DNA of 64,000 nucleotides, taken from NCBI RefSeq assembly GCF_006345805.1, contig NC_043004.1, positions 100,254,001 to 100,318,000 on the forward strand, in the 5' to 3' direction. The DNA is from Octopus sinensis. Lineage: Eukaryota. Below are positions 51,068-64,000 of the stretch, in pieces. A model generated the notes under the pieces. That model searched no databases. It was given only the letters and a program-made list of their open reading frames with translations, and had not been told where the DNA came from. The position numbers and the translations under genes are program-made. The first letter of the stretch is position 1. Every line of letters begins with the position of its first letter.

Positions 51068-52267
51068 GCGAGAAAGAAGCAACAAGAATGGATAGGTTTT
51101 TAGTACAATCGTTTCATACAAGGACAGGCTTTATTAAAAGTTGTAAAAATTACAGCATATAAACGTGTCCCGTCTCATCAGCTAAAATACATGTGAGTTC
51201 TCTAGACACCTAGTGTTGAGGCTATACTCATGAAGTAATGTAGATAATTAGTACATAAACAGATTTCCAAAGTTCATTAAAGTTCTTTAAAGATGATGTA
51301 CAGTCTTCATCACAGAATTTAAAAAAAGTTCTAATAGCATCACAGAGAAGGTGACCTAATCCATAGAGCACATATGAATTTCCAGAGATATGATGAGGGA
51401 TTACATACTCACAGAAGACAAATTTCCATTGTTAATCACAACGAGGTGGGTCTCAATTCCTGCTTATTAGCATTACAGAGAGGGTGAATTAATCCTTTGT
51501 ATAGATGCACAATTTCCAATGGTGTAGATGTAAGTTTCCAGAGAATGAAGAGGAATTTCATATTCACAGCGATAAATTTATCAATGGTTGAACACAATGA
51601 GGTAGTATCAGTTCTTGTTATATGATTAGGTATTGCCACATTAATCACATTACTGCTATTAATCACATTACTGCTATTACTGTGATTAATGTGGCAAATA
51701 CCTAATCATATAACAAGAACTGATACCTACCTCATTGTGTTCAACCATTGATAAATTTATCGCCTGTGAATATGAAATTCCTCTTCATTTCTCTGGAAAC
51801 TTACATCTACACCATTGGAATTGTGCATCTATACAAAGGATTAATTCACCCTCTCTGTAATGCTAATAAGCAGGAATTGAGACCCACCTCGTTGTGATTA
51901 ACAATGGATAAATTGTCTTCTGTGAGTATGTAATCCCTCATCATATCTCTGGAAATTCATATGTGGCTCTATGGATTAGGTCACCTTCTCTGTGATGCTA
52001 TTAGAACTTTTTTTAAATTCTGTGATAAGACTGTACATCATCTTTAAAGAACTTTAATGAACTTTGGAAATCTGTTTTGTTACTTAATTATCTACATTAC
52101 TTCATGAGTATAGCCTCAACCACTAGGATGTCTAGAGAACTCACATGTATTTTAGCTGATGAGTACGTGACACGTTTATATGCTGTTTTTTACAACTTTT
52201 AATAAAGCCTGTCCTTGTATGAACGATTGTACTAAAAACCTATCCATTCTTGTTGCTTCTTTCTCGC
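51068..52267. mobile_element. 1.2-kb palindrome of family E (arms ~51068-51649 / 51681-52267) with hammerheads at 51097-51186 (minus) and 52150-52237 (plus)
   Basis: GCGAGAAAGAAGCAACAAG at the left end and CTTGTTGCTTCTTTCTCGC at the right end; the spacer contains duplicated AATCACATTACTGCTATT. Confidence 0.92.
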
Positions 52268-52380
52268 TTATAATCACCCCCATTACTGTATTGTTAAAAC
52301 AGTATAGTTTTTTTTGGTGCATCTAAGTTAGGTACCATTTCAAGTAAATCATTTAAATTAACTTGAATCTTTATTGCTTT

Positions 52381-52432
<52 letters not shown>

Positions 52433-52449
52433 TATATATACATATATAT

Positions 52450-52714
52450 CGGTAGACAGTTGGGTTCGATTCCATTCCCACACTGGGCGTTGCGTTGTGG
52501 TCTTGTGCAAAGAACTTCATTTCACGTTGCACTGTGATCATTTTGACATATGACATGTGGCAAGCGTTGCCTCCTTACAGGTAATGTCGGTCTGAAAGAG
52601 GGAGTGACCTTATGTCTACACAAACATTTGATCACTATAAACAAATCATCTGTGTGGTTGTTCGGTAAGAAATTGTCGAATCCTCATAAGTCGTCTAACG
52701 ACGCGAGAGTTCAT

Positions 52715-52715
<1 letters not shown>
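52450..52715 (+). mobile_element. Probable SINE (family F)
   Basis: GGGTTCGATTCC B-box-like motif followed by GGTCTTGTGCAAAGAACTTCATTTCACGTTGC core-like motif. Confidence 0.5.
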
Positions 52716-52748
<33 letters not shown>

Positions 52749-53361
52749 TATATGTATATATGTATATATATTTGTGTGTGTGTGTATGTGTGTATATATA
52801 TATATGTGTGTGTGTGTGTGTGAATTTAAAATCACAAAGTTTTATTCGTATATTAGATATGATGCTTTGACTTAGATACTACTCTGAGTTTTCCTTTTCC
52901 ATATATCACACCTTCGAGCAAGTCAATGTTTGTGTACTTTCATTTGCGTCTGTGTTTGTTCGTGTGTTTAGAGTGTGTTTACTTGCATATGTATGTATGT
53001 ATACATACAGTCACAAACGTATGTATGTGTATGTCTCTTTGAATGTAAATGTGTACGAGTCTAATTTTCCAGCTGTTCTTGTGTATAATTTAAGTAATAA
53101 TATACAATAATAAATTTTGTTCAGTGTTGATATTCATTTTTCTATATAATTGATATTCCGGAGAAGAATTTATCCGTTCTTCCAAATAATGATACGTGAC
53201 AGATGTTCTGGTGTGTAATTCATATACGTAATAACAGAAATTTATACTTTCGCAGCGCTATGCTATACATTGAGTATATATATATATTATATATATATAT
53301 ATATATACATATATGTACATATATACATATATATATATAAGTATATATGTATATATATATA

Positions 53362-53400
<39 letters not shown>

Positions 53401-53477
53401 GTATATGTATATATATATATATATATATTATATATCTATATATATATATATATATATAATGTATGTATGTATGTATG

Positions 53478-53522
<45 letters not shown>

Positions 53523-53589
53523 TATACATATATATACTTATATATATATATATATGTATATATGTACATATATGTATATATATATATAT

Positions 53590-53623
<34 letters not shown>

Positions 53624-54902
53624 GTATATTCAAAGTATATTATATAAAACAGCCCGGTATTATTATCATATTTTTTTAGTTGCGATATTCCACAGATGTT
53701 ATGGTATATAATCCGTGTAATAACATATATTGATATTAACCTTTCATTTCTACTGTTTATTTTTGTGTATAACTGATATTTTGGACATGTTTGCGTTTGA
53801 ATGAACCTTCCAATATTATAGTTTTATTATTCTTTCACTTTCCACATCTATTATTGAATATAATGATATTTCACAGATATTTTGCAGTATAATCTATGCA
53901 ATAATATATTTCTAATATCATCCAATGTTGGATGATATCAGTTATCCATTTGCCTATGTAAGGATGCGGAAGTTACTACTCTAAAGGCCCTGCGTTTGAC
54001 TTCCCATTCAATGTCAATGATAAACGCTGACATAGGATACAGTGTTGATATCCATAATTCTATATATCACTTTTGAAATGCTCCCATATATTTTTTTATA
54101 TCATAATATATGGTAAAAAATATTTTCGGATATGATATCCAGTTTTGTATAAATTTTTATATTTTTGAGAGGTTGAGCTTGTCTCAGCATTACGATATCA
54201 TATTACCTTTTCAGCCATGGCATCTAGTTTCCTTTGCAATATTTCGGAAAATGGTCATTGGTTATTATCTTTTCAGTTATGTATCAAATTTCCTGTATAA
54301 TGATGCTTATATACATCATTATGATATTTAGTAGTTGCAACAAAGTGCGTAAATAAAACCTCATGTTGTTGTCCTTGCAGTTGCTGCTGTTGATTACTTA
54401 CCTATCAGCACTCATCGAGCCATCGAACAGATCCATGTTCAGTGGTTATCGATCTGGAATTATTCTTACATTCTTAAGTTGATAGAAAGTGATTTCATGG
54501 AGAATTGTCCGCTGTGTCTCGCCAGTAAATTGACATCATACTATTGACGTATGTTATTATCCACTCAACGTAAAACATCAGTGAAATATCACCAAAAATA
54601 TTTTAATAAAGTAGTGGTATTTCCCAGATATTTTAATTTCGACCTTAATGATATTTTGATTAAATTTTAAAGATATATAAGCGGTAATGTAATGAAGTTT
54701 TTCCTAATACATTTTAAAACTCATTGATACTCGAGCAATAGCTTTTGATGAATTATTGATATTTATTCCATATTTTTACGGATATTTACAGATTTCTAGT
54801 GGTACATTAATATTTAATGATTCATCGGTGATATTCTACAGTTATTCATTGAAATTATTGGTACTCTGGTGACGTTTATATTTTAATATTTTAACATATT
54901 AA

Positions 54903-55560
54903 AGTGGCGAGCTGGCAGAACCGATAGCATGCCGGGTAAAATGCATTTCGTCCGTCTTTACCTTTTAAGTTTGAATCCCGCACGGCCGACTTTGCCTTTC
55001 ATCCTTTACGAGATCGATAACATAAGTGCCAGGAGAGTGCTGGGGTCGATGTAATCAATTTATCCCCTCTGCCGAAATTTCTGGCCTTGTGCCAAAATTG
55101 GAAACTAATATTTTAGAGGTTTCTTAAGGCGATGACCTGGCAGAAGCGTAATCATGCCGAGAAAATGCTTAGCGGCATTTCGTCCGTCTTTATGTTCAGA
55201 GTTCAAATTCCGCTGAAATGTTCTTTGCCTTTCATTTTTCTGGATCAATAAAATAAGTTCCATTTAAGCACTGAGATTGAGGTAATCGACTTACCACTCC
55301 CAGTATTTACTAGCCTTGTGCCAAAATTGGAAACTAATATTTTAGAGGTTTCTTAAGGCGATGACCTGGCAGAAGCGTAATCATGCCGGAAAATGCTTAG
55401 CGGCATTTCGTCCGTCTTTATGTTCAGAGTTCAAATTCCGCTGAAATGTTCTTTGCCTTTCATTTTTCTGGATCAATAAAATAAGTTCCATTTAAGCACT
55501 GAGATTGAGGTAATCGACTTACCACTCCCAGTATTTACTAGCCTTGTGCCAAAATTTAAT
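54903..55560 (+). mobile_element. SINE family B trimer; the last two units (~55085-55313 / 55314-55555) are near-identical
   Basis: GGCGAGCTGGCAGAA head; CCTTGTGCCAAAATT occurs three times. Confidence 0.85.
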
Positions 55561-58442
55561 CAATATTTAAATGAAATTCTAGTGAGATTACATTGATATT
55601 TAAAAATTGTTGATCACATAGATAGATTTTCAAGACTGATGAGAAAGAAGAAAAATGGTTATCCTCTAAAGGATATCGTTTCTATCTTTCCAGGAAGGAG
55701 GTATTCTGAAAAATGTTTGAAGACTTGTCTCGAATGCTTTGCAGTAGATTAAACTCCACCAAAGACACATAAGTATTTAAGCGCAAAGTTTGGTAACAGA
55801 GTAGGTCAATCCCCTCTCTCAAGTTGTCGATGGAAGGATCTGAACGCAGATGATGAAATGCTGGAGCAAATACAGCAAGGCATCACGTCCTTTACTCTAG
55901 TGAGTCCATGTGCCAACAATCCTGGCCTGTTACTTTATCGCCTCCAGAAGCGTGAAAATCAGATATGACCTTGATACAATTTGAACTTCGAGAGTAAGAG
56001 ATCAGAATGCATATTACAAAACATTTTGTCAGATGCATTCGCCCTGATAGTTCATGATATTCATTGATAGTTATGCGAAGTTTTTGTGATAGACAGCAAT
56101 AGTGTTATTTCAGGCAATATTTGGGGTAAATTAGTGAGAATTAATGATGTTTCATTGATACTTAGTAATGATGCTGTGATATTTATCAGAATCAGAGATA
56201 TTATTGGTGTATTAATGATATTTAGAATTATCTTAATGGTAGTTTAGTAATATTTTGAAGATACATCTATTATACTTGCAACATGTTGTAACATCTTCTG
56301 TAAAATATTTACCTAACTTTCTGTGATATCTCACTTTTGAGTTATGATATTTCATTCTCACTGAGATATTTACCAATGAAACAGCAATTTGTGAAGCAAT
56401 TTGCCCACAATGTTCCATTGTTCTTAAGCATATTTGCCTCTCATAACTGATAATACAGTTACCTATTTACCCGTTTGTTATCCTATTGACCGACTCCATT
56501 ATTCGCACCAATACTTTCACTTCACTACGTCAAGCATACATCAGTAAAATAAAACGTCGCTGACACCGCTGCTGTTAATAAAATCATCCATTACAACAAT
56601 AAGTCTAACAACAAAAATTATATATTCATTGACAGAAATAACGAAAACCAAAATGTAAATAATAAAACAAAGCATAGCTAGTATAGAACATTAACAAAAC
56701 AAAACAATGCAAAAGCACAAAGCATAAAGTGTGAATCATTGGTTTTTCATGGTATCTCGCGATCTCGATCAGTCCACAATATTTTCTGAACCGTTAACAC
56801 CAGGATCAAGTTGTCGGCAGAGAAACTATCTCGTCAGAAATCTAAACGTACCGTTTAAATCTGTAAAAAGCACTTACACACTAAAGTAGTGAGTTGTAAA
56901 TAATGCAATGACATTGCAACGAAAATTTACGGTGCTGTCACTAACAAACGACATGGAGGGGAAAAACTACAAAAGCTTAGTAGAGGAGAAACCAAGGAAG
57001 GAATATTGACCGAAAAAATAACTCATGCTTCGATAATAGAAGTTAGTAATATATAAAAGATTAAAAGATCAACTACATCAAACAAGCAAACAGTCGGATT
57101 ATATATTGGTTTATGAAATATTAATCAGTTATTCGTGGGACATAAGCAAGTGTGTTAGAGTCACAGCTGGCCAAATCGATAGAACACGGATCTATCGTCG
57201 AAAAAAACTGTCATTACATATCCAAACACTGGTGCTACTCTTGACAAAGTTACTTTAATAGCAACTTTTGGTTACTTGCTATAACATGTATTAAAGAAGA
57301 TAACTTTCAGCTGCAGAGTCTGATGTATGTAACTGTGATATACATCATAAGAAGACATTTTCCATTACACTGTCTCGTCAACTTAGTTACAATAGACGCC
57401 GTGATAGTACAATCTCTGCACCTCCCAGCTGTAATAGGTCTTATTACAAGATATGTTCGGTATCTACTCTCTGAATCACTTAACTGTATAAGACACCATG
57501 AAAAAGCAGCAAATAAAAACCAAAGGAGTAAGCTGTGTGTAATCGGTCACTCTGCTTGTTATGGCCGCCAAATAGTCCTCATATCACACCTTGCCATCTT
57601 AAATACGAAATGAGACATTTGATTATATCTTCTTCGATATCTTATGTCAGAAACAAAATATAGATTGAGTTTGATCTCAGGACCGTTGCATCAAGGTCGG
57701 CTGAAGGCTAACCAAAAATTTCACGAAAGAGAAGAATCGGTTCAGTCTGATGATATTAGCGTACTGATCACTTCAAAGCCATTAAAATTCGACAGAATAT
57801 ACTTTTATGTAGAAACACTAGTTTCCCCCTCGTTGCTAGCGCGTGTGTATTCAATGGATTAATCCGGTTCACTCTGTCGTTACATGTCACATAGTCATAC
57901 AGAGAATAGTTCGTGGTTATGACATTAACTTTGACAAGTATATTATTTATAAACAACCACAAACTTCAAACTCTCCAAAGTGCCAGGGAAATCAACGAGC
58001 TACAGTTTAATGAATACTGTCTGTAACAAACAGCACGAAGACAGTCTTTGTGCTATGGACATAAGAATCTACCTAAGAAACATTACTCAATTATGACATA
58101 AAACTCAACAGTAATGCATTCATCGATACTAGATTGTAATAGGAGGTCAATAAGTAATATATATGTGAATAGTTAGATATAATACTGAAGTCGTTGGTGG
58201 CAACACAAGACAGGTTTGAAACAAATCCCTACTGATCGTACACTTTTTGTTCACAAAACTATTGTATGTACACAATGTTTAGAACTGTTCATACACGCAA
58301 TGTTTGATAAAGACCTATAAATACATCAAGGTTAAGCCAACAACGCGGTCACTACGAAGCTGCTATTTCTGCTAGAAATAGCAGTGAAATTTCCTCATGG
58401 CTCGTGTAGTAACATAAAAAGAATTTATTCACTTAAACTCCA

Positions 58443-58518
<76 letters not shown>

Positions 58519-59527
58519 TGATGAGAATCATCTATTTATACAAATGAAACACTTACTGGCAGTAATAAATGCCAGGTTTTTAGCAGCTATTCAGCTATTA
58601 GAAACAGGAAGCAAATTTTCCAAAAGTCAAACAGCTAACCGTTTTAAGAAATGAAAAACATATTCAACATTGTAGTCTCTGACAAAAGGAAAGCCATAAA
58701 CAGTATTGCTAATTAACGAGTGAAGGGAACTCAGAATGGAACCAAAAAAAAAACTTCTGAGAGGTCATTAGAACGTGAAAAGTGCTAGATAAAGGTCAGT
58801 GAAATTACTCAGCATACAATGTTAGAAAAATGCAGAGAAAAATGTAGTCGATATTATACAAAAGTATATACGTCTTTTACCAAAGATCATCTCAGCCAGG
58901 CTCTAAGTGGCAACTGGATTATATAATACACATCTTATTTTAAAATAATTCACTTTCCACCCAGATTTCCTTCTAGGTAATAAGTACCAGTGCGAGAGGT
59001 TGAAAATATGCAGAAAAATGAAAGTGCAGGACCATGAGTAGACAAACCTAAATAAAGAGCAGAAAGAGAAGGGAAACCTATAAGCAGGAAAAGGCATGTC
59101 TGCAACGGCCGACATTGGGAAGCTGGAGAGGTAGAATATATTTATATTGGAAAACGTGTCTACTTAACAGAGACAAGCGTTAAATACAAGCTTAATATGC
59201 TACATGAAACTAAAAAAGAAACTAAGATAGGCAGATACATAGATTGATTGATAGAGAGAAGGCGGAGACCGACAGACAAACAGGTAGGGTAAACAGAAAA
59301 CAAATATAGTTATCTGAAGAAAAGGAATGGTTTTGAAACTTAGTGTGCATTAAGGCTAGAAGAAATGGGAAACATCATATACAAACAGCACACACAATCA
59401 TATATATATAAAAGTGTTTATATGGTTGTATATATATTTATATATGTATGAACATACATATATATATTCATATATACACGACTATACTGCATTCCAAATA
59501 TTATTTTCTTGCCTGTAAAATATATAT

Positions 59528-59928
59528 GGCGTCGCTGTGAGGTAAGAAGCTTATTTCTCAACCACATGGTTCTAGGTTCAGTCCCACACTGTAGCACCTT
59601 GGGCAAGTGTCTTCTACTATAGCCTCGGGCCGACCAAAGAGTTGTGAGTAGATTCGATAGACGGGAACACAAAGAAGCCCGTCTGGTGTATATATATATA
59701 TGTGTGTGTGTGTTTCTTTGTGCCTATATTTGTCCCCGCAACACCATTGCTTGACAACCGATGCTGGTGTGTTTATATCCCAGAAACGCAGCAGTTTGTC
59801 AAACGCGTACGCTTGAATAAGTACTAGGCTTACAAAGAACAAGTCCTGGAGTCGATTTCTTCGATTAAAGGTGGTGCTCCAGCATGGCCACATTCAAATG
59901 ACTGAAGCCTGTAAAAGAATAAAAGAAT
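59528..59928 (+). mobile_element. SINE family A, full length
   Basis: GCTGTGAGGTAAGAAGC head, GGTTCAGTCCC B-box, GGTGCTCCAGCATGGCC tail. Confidence 0.88.
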
Positions 59929-59967
59929 ATACGCATACATACATACATACATACATACATACATACG

Positions 59968-60013
<46 letters not shown>

Positions 60014-60130
60014 GTGTGTGTGTGTGTGTGTGTGTGTTATATTATATTATATATATATTATTTGTTATTTATGTATTAGTTTACGTCTATCACTGTTTGA
60101 GTTGCATAATAGTGATTTTATCTCTAATTC

Positions 60131-60161
<31 letters not shown>

Positions 60162-60710
60162 TGAGAGAGAGAGAGAGAGAGAGAGATGTATATAGATAAA
60201 CAGACAAGCAGATAGACAGACAGACTGACAGATAGATAGATATAGAGACAGAGAGATAGATGCATGCATACCTACATCTATCTATCCATCCATACATACA
60301 TATATGCAGATGCACATACAGCAATAAGCCAAGCCATATGCTTAGATCCAAATGTGTGAGTCTATGGGGCATGTGATTTGTTTTAACTTTACACGCGTGA
60401 GAGAATAGATAGTTTTTTTTTTATTTTGAGGCAAGACAAAACCAAACCAAGTCTATCTAAAATAAAAGTAAGCAAAATAAACTTACATGAAATGCATGGG
60501 AAACTTAATGGATAGGAACTGGATTTAATTCACAGGCCATTAATAGATCACTACACATATATGTATGTATTATGTATCTGTGTGTGTGTGTGTGTGTAAC
60601 AATGTAGTTGTGTTTGAATAGAGAATGTTGGTCGAAGACCGAAACTAATTGCTCATCGAATCTTGCAATATTTTATATGATGTTAGATAATGCTCATTCT
60701 AACCGTCATG

Positions 60711-60744
<34 letters not shown>

Positions 60745-60777
60745 ATATATATAAATATGTATGTGTGTGTATGCGTG

Positions 60778-60808
<31 letters not shown>

Positions 60809-61022
60809 ATGTGTGTGTGTGTGTGCGCGTGTGTGTATGTGTGTGTGTCCATATATAAATATATATGCACCCATATATACACTTATATACATATATATAT
60901 ACATATACACACACAAACATATATATACATACATATGCATATATATATATGTATGAAATATATATATATAATCCCTATTCGCTTATATATATAATCCCTA
61001 TATGCGTAGTATATATATATAT

Positions 61023-61140
<118 letters not shown>

Positions 61141-62649
61141 ATAGGATGTTTGTGTGAGTCTGTTTGGGCGCTTTTGTTTGTAGACAGAATGTATATAGCA
61201 TATAGTAGTGAAGCTGCAATTCATTATGAAAATGCTAATTTGACAGTATGGATTTCCTTGAATATATCAGTAAAATTTGCTGTTACATAGTCACAATTTA
61301 CGATGCTTTTAAAACTCGGTATATATGTTAGTCTTCACACTACGTAACTCTCGGGCCATACGTTCAACCTTATAAATACATAGCTGTCACGAACGCACTA
61401 TATATGCTGTCTTTCTTGACAGACATAAACCCACACATACACATTCGTATGTATGTGTATCTGTATTTCAGTTTATCTTTATATATATATATATATATAT
61501 ATATCCATATATATTTGCTATGCCTTTACAGCAGCAAAAAACACGAAGTCCTATGTAACATAACAGACAAAAGAATGGCAGCAAAGTCTTTAATGGAGAA
61601 CGAACTAAATACCATTCGAACACCGTGAATGGTATTTTTTGTTTTCAATTTAATTTCTCTCTCGGCAGTTATTGTTTCATAATACATATTATTTACTTAC
61701 TGTCTTTATATGTCCACAGTTACATGTACTTATATTTTGTATATATACATATATATTTATTCATCCCTCCAACTAAAAATTTGAACAATCAATACAGCTC
61801 TCGTAAAGTAACGAAATTTTTGATTTCTAGATTTGAACTTTAAACTTTCAATATAGACATCAATTTACAAGTTGTACTACAATTCAGAACTGGGGGCCAA
61901 AATATGACCTTAGTGACTTTTTCAGCTATTGTCTCGCGGTCATTATATCCAGAATGCTCTGACGAGTTGATAGCACGTGTATACAGCTGTAAAATCTTTA
62001 AGGGTTATGCATATAAATATGTGTGGGATAAAATATTGGCTTGTACGCTTTTATCTATAGAGTTTGTGGTGCTACAAAGCACAAACACACACACACACAT
62101 ACATTTACATACAGACGTACAATCACAAATATAAATGTATACAGTTATACAACTTAAGATATGTTTAAGTTTGGCGGCGTGTATGCACAGTATGTATATA
62201 TGTATGTACACACACACACACTCATACGCAGACACACACACAAGTACACTCATATACAGTATAAAAACCGGCTTTACTCACAGTATGAGAAGCTGCAGTA
62301 AGTGACCTGAAGTTTTTAATGAAAGTATACCCAGTTTAACATAGCATTGTCTGATTTCGATTGGAAAGTTAACATTCCTGTAACTTGAAATATCAGTATG
62401 CTTCTAGCTGTCTAGAGTGTAATAAAGGCGCTCTCTTATAGGGATGCGTTAAATATGTATGTCATATTAAATAATTTAATTGTGTATATGACTTGTATAA
62501 GATCCAAGTGTATATAATAAAAACAGGGTTTTATTCTTCGGAAACAGAATGAGTAGAAGAAATTTTAAATAGTGTAAAATATTTATCGTTTACTACAAGC
62601 CGTGGTTCAAGAAGGTATATGCCCATGAGTGCCGGTTGAGTATATATAT

Positions 62650-63062
62650 TCTTTTACTCTTTTACTCTTTTACTTGTTTCAGTCATTTTGACTGCGGCCA
62701 TGCTGCAGCACCGCCTTTAATCGAGCAACTCGACCCCGGGACTTATTCTTTTTTGTAAGCCCAGTACTTATTATATCGGTCTCTTTTGCCGAACCGCTAA
62801 GTAACGGGGACATAAACGCACCAGCATTGGTTGTCAAGCAATGCTAGGGGGACAAACACAGACACACAAACACACACACATACATACATACATACTTATA
62901 TGCGACGGGCTTCTTTCAGTTTCCGTCTACCAAATCCACTCACAAGGCTTTGGTCGGCCCGAGGCTATAGTAGAAGACACTTGACCAAGGTGCCACGCAG
63001 TGGGACTGAACCCAGAACCATGTGGTTGGTAAACAAGCTACTTACCACACAGCCACTCCTGC

Positions 63063-63063
<1 letters not shown>
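62650..63063 (-). mobile_element. SINE family A, full length
   Basis: The plus strand ends CTTACCACACAGCCACTCCTGCG, the reverse complement of the head. Confidence 0.92.
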
Positions 63064-63105
<42 letters not shown>

Positions 63106-63527
63106 AACATATACATTTATATATAGAGGCGCACTATATACTGTCACATGACAACAACGCACGAACGTAGCCGCAAACGCACAAACGTTTATAAAATTAA
63201 TCATGTGTTAATTCTCTACAAACACTTGACAGTGTGCTATCTCAGTGGTGGTCTTTAAGATATTATTTGGCAGTTTGTGTCATTTCAATGAAGCCCACTC
63301 AATCGCAAGCACTGACACCACGTTTCCAGTGTGGGAACAATTTCCTTTCACCCTCAAACCAATGTCTGCCTTGTTGTAGCGTGTCATGCGAAAACATGGA
63401 CATAAATAACTATCTGCTGCATTTCTAGAAAATCCAAAACCTTGTGTGTAGGTGTGAGAGAGAGAGAGATAGAGAGATAGAGAGAGGGAGAGAGTTTGTG
63501 TGCGTGTACGTATGCGTGTACCCTTTT

Positions 63528-63922
63528 ATCGTTTACTTGTTTCATTCATTAGACAGCGGCCATGCTGGTGCACCGCCTTGAAGTATTTTAGCCGAATGAA
63601 TAAACTCTATTACATACGTATATTTTTAAAGTCCGGTACTTATTCTGTCGGCTCTATTGCCGAACCACTAAGTTACTGAGATATAAAAACATTTTGTCGG
63701 GATATAGTAGGGAAGAAACAGACACATGCACACACACACACACACACACACACATACATACATATTTATATGCGACGGGCTTCTTTTCAGTTTCCGTTTA
63801 CCAAATCACAAGGCTCTGGTGCATACGAGGCCAAAGTAGAAGACGCTTGCCCAAGGTGCCACTTCATGGAGTTGAACCCAACACCATGTGATGGGAAGGA
63901 ATCTTCTTACACACAAGGAGAC
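63528..63922 (-). mobile_element. SINE family A, diverged
   Basis: GCGGCCATGCTGGTGCACCGCC and CCCAAGGTGCCAC. Confidence 0.8.
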
Positions 63923-64000
63923 CTGCATTTAAAATGAAAAATAAATATTTCAAGGCATAGTGTTCGAAGCTCTAGCTACCAATCCATGGCTTGTATCATC

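Noticed and set aside
54360-54460. Perfect minus-strand donor AG|GTAAGT (MDLFDGSMSAD) and a plus-strand acceptor TCCTTGCAG
   Set aside because: The signals conflict in strand, a few perfect donors are expected by chance in 64 kb, and no corroborating exon was found.
55630-55712. CTGATGA-GAAAG...CTTTC-CAG-GAAG...GTA as a hammerhead
   Set aside because: It has three extra bases before GAAG, no A15.1 or helix III, and the paralog has CTGGTGA.
57311-57473. Exon-like frame AESDVCNCDIHHKKTFSITLSRQLSYNRRRDSTISAPPS after TTTCAG
   Set aside because: Short, with no recognisable family and no partner exon; needs RNA-seq.

Overview
AT-rich, gene-poor eukaryotic DNA. The SINE families and the density of (TA)n/(CA)n/(AAT)n microsatellites look like an octopod cephalopod genome; this is my recognition, not proof. 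The sequence carries many homopolymer indels, so it is either decayed or a noisy long-read consensus. Supported features: a degraded Penelope-like element of the Naiad type (RT plus C-terminal GIY-YIG, ~948-3320), a 5'-truncated APE-RT LINE of the CR1/L2/Jockey group (6507-9650, minus), a Tx1/L1-clade 3' fragment (21385-22823, minus), a TA-flanked Tc1/mariner-type MITE, and many tRNA-derived SINEs including head-to-tail multimers. No host gene is identifiable with confidence; there are only a few exon-like candidates. The main discovery is a set of at least six, possibly seven, unrelated non-coding element families (10 motifs). Each carries a minimal type I hammerhead ribozyme whose helix III is a family-specific palindrome (ATCC-A-GGAT, ACGATCGT, ACCGGT, ACTAG(T), AGAT(C)T, ACA(C)GTGT). 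These elements repeatedly show a 5'-inverted copy of their own 3' end, up to a 1.2-kb palindrome, and often end in (TA)n, which matches Penelope pLTR architecture. Two motifs (37318-37405 and 49328-49372) retain every catalytic-core nucleotide. All ribozyme folds were assigned by eye and none was tested computationally.
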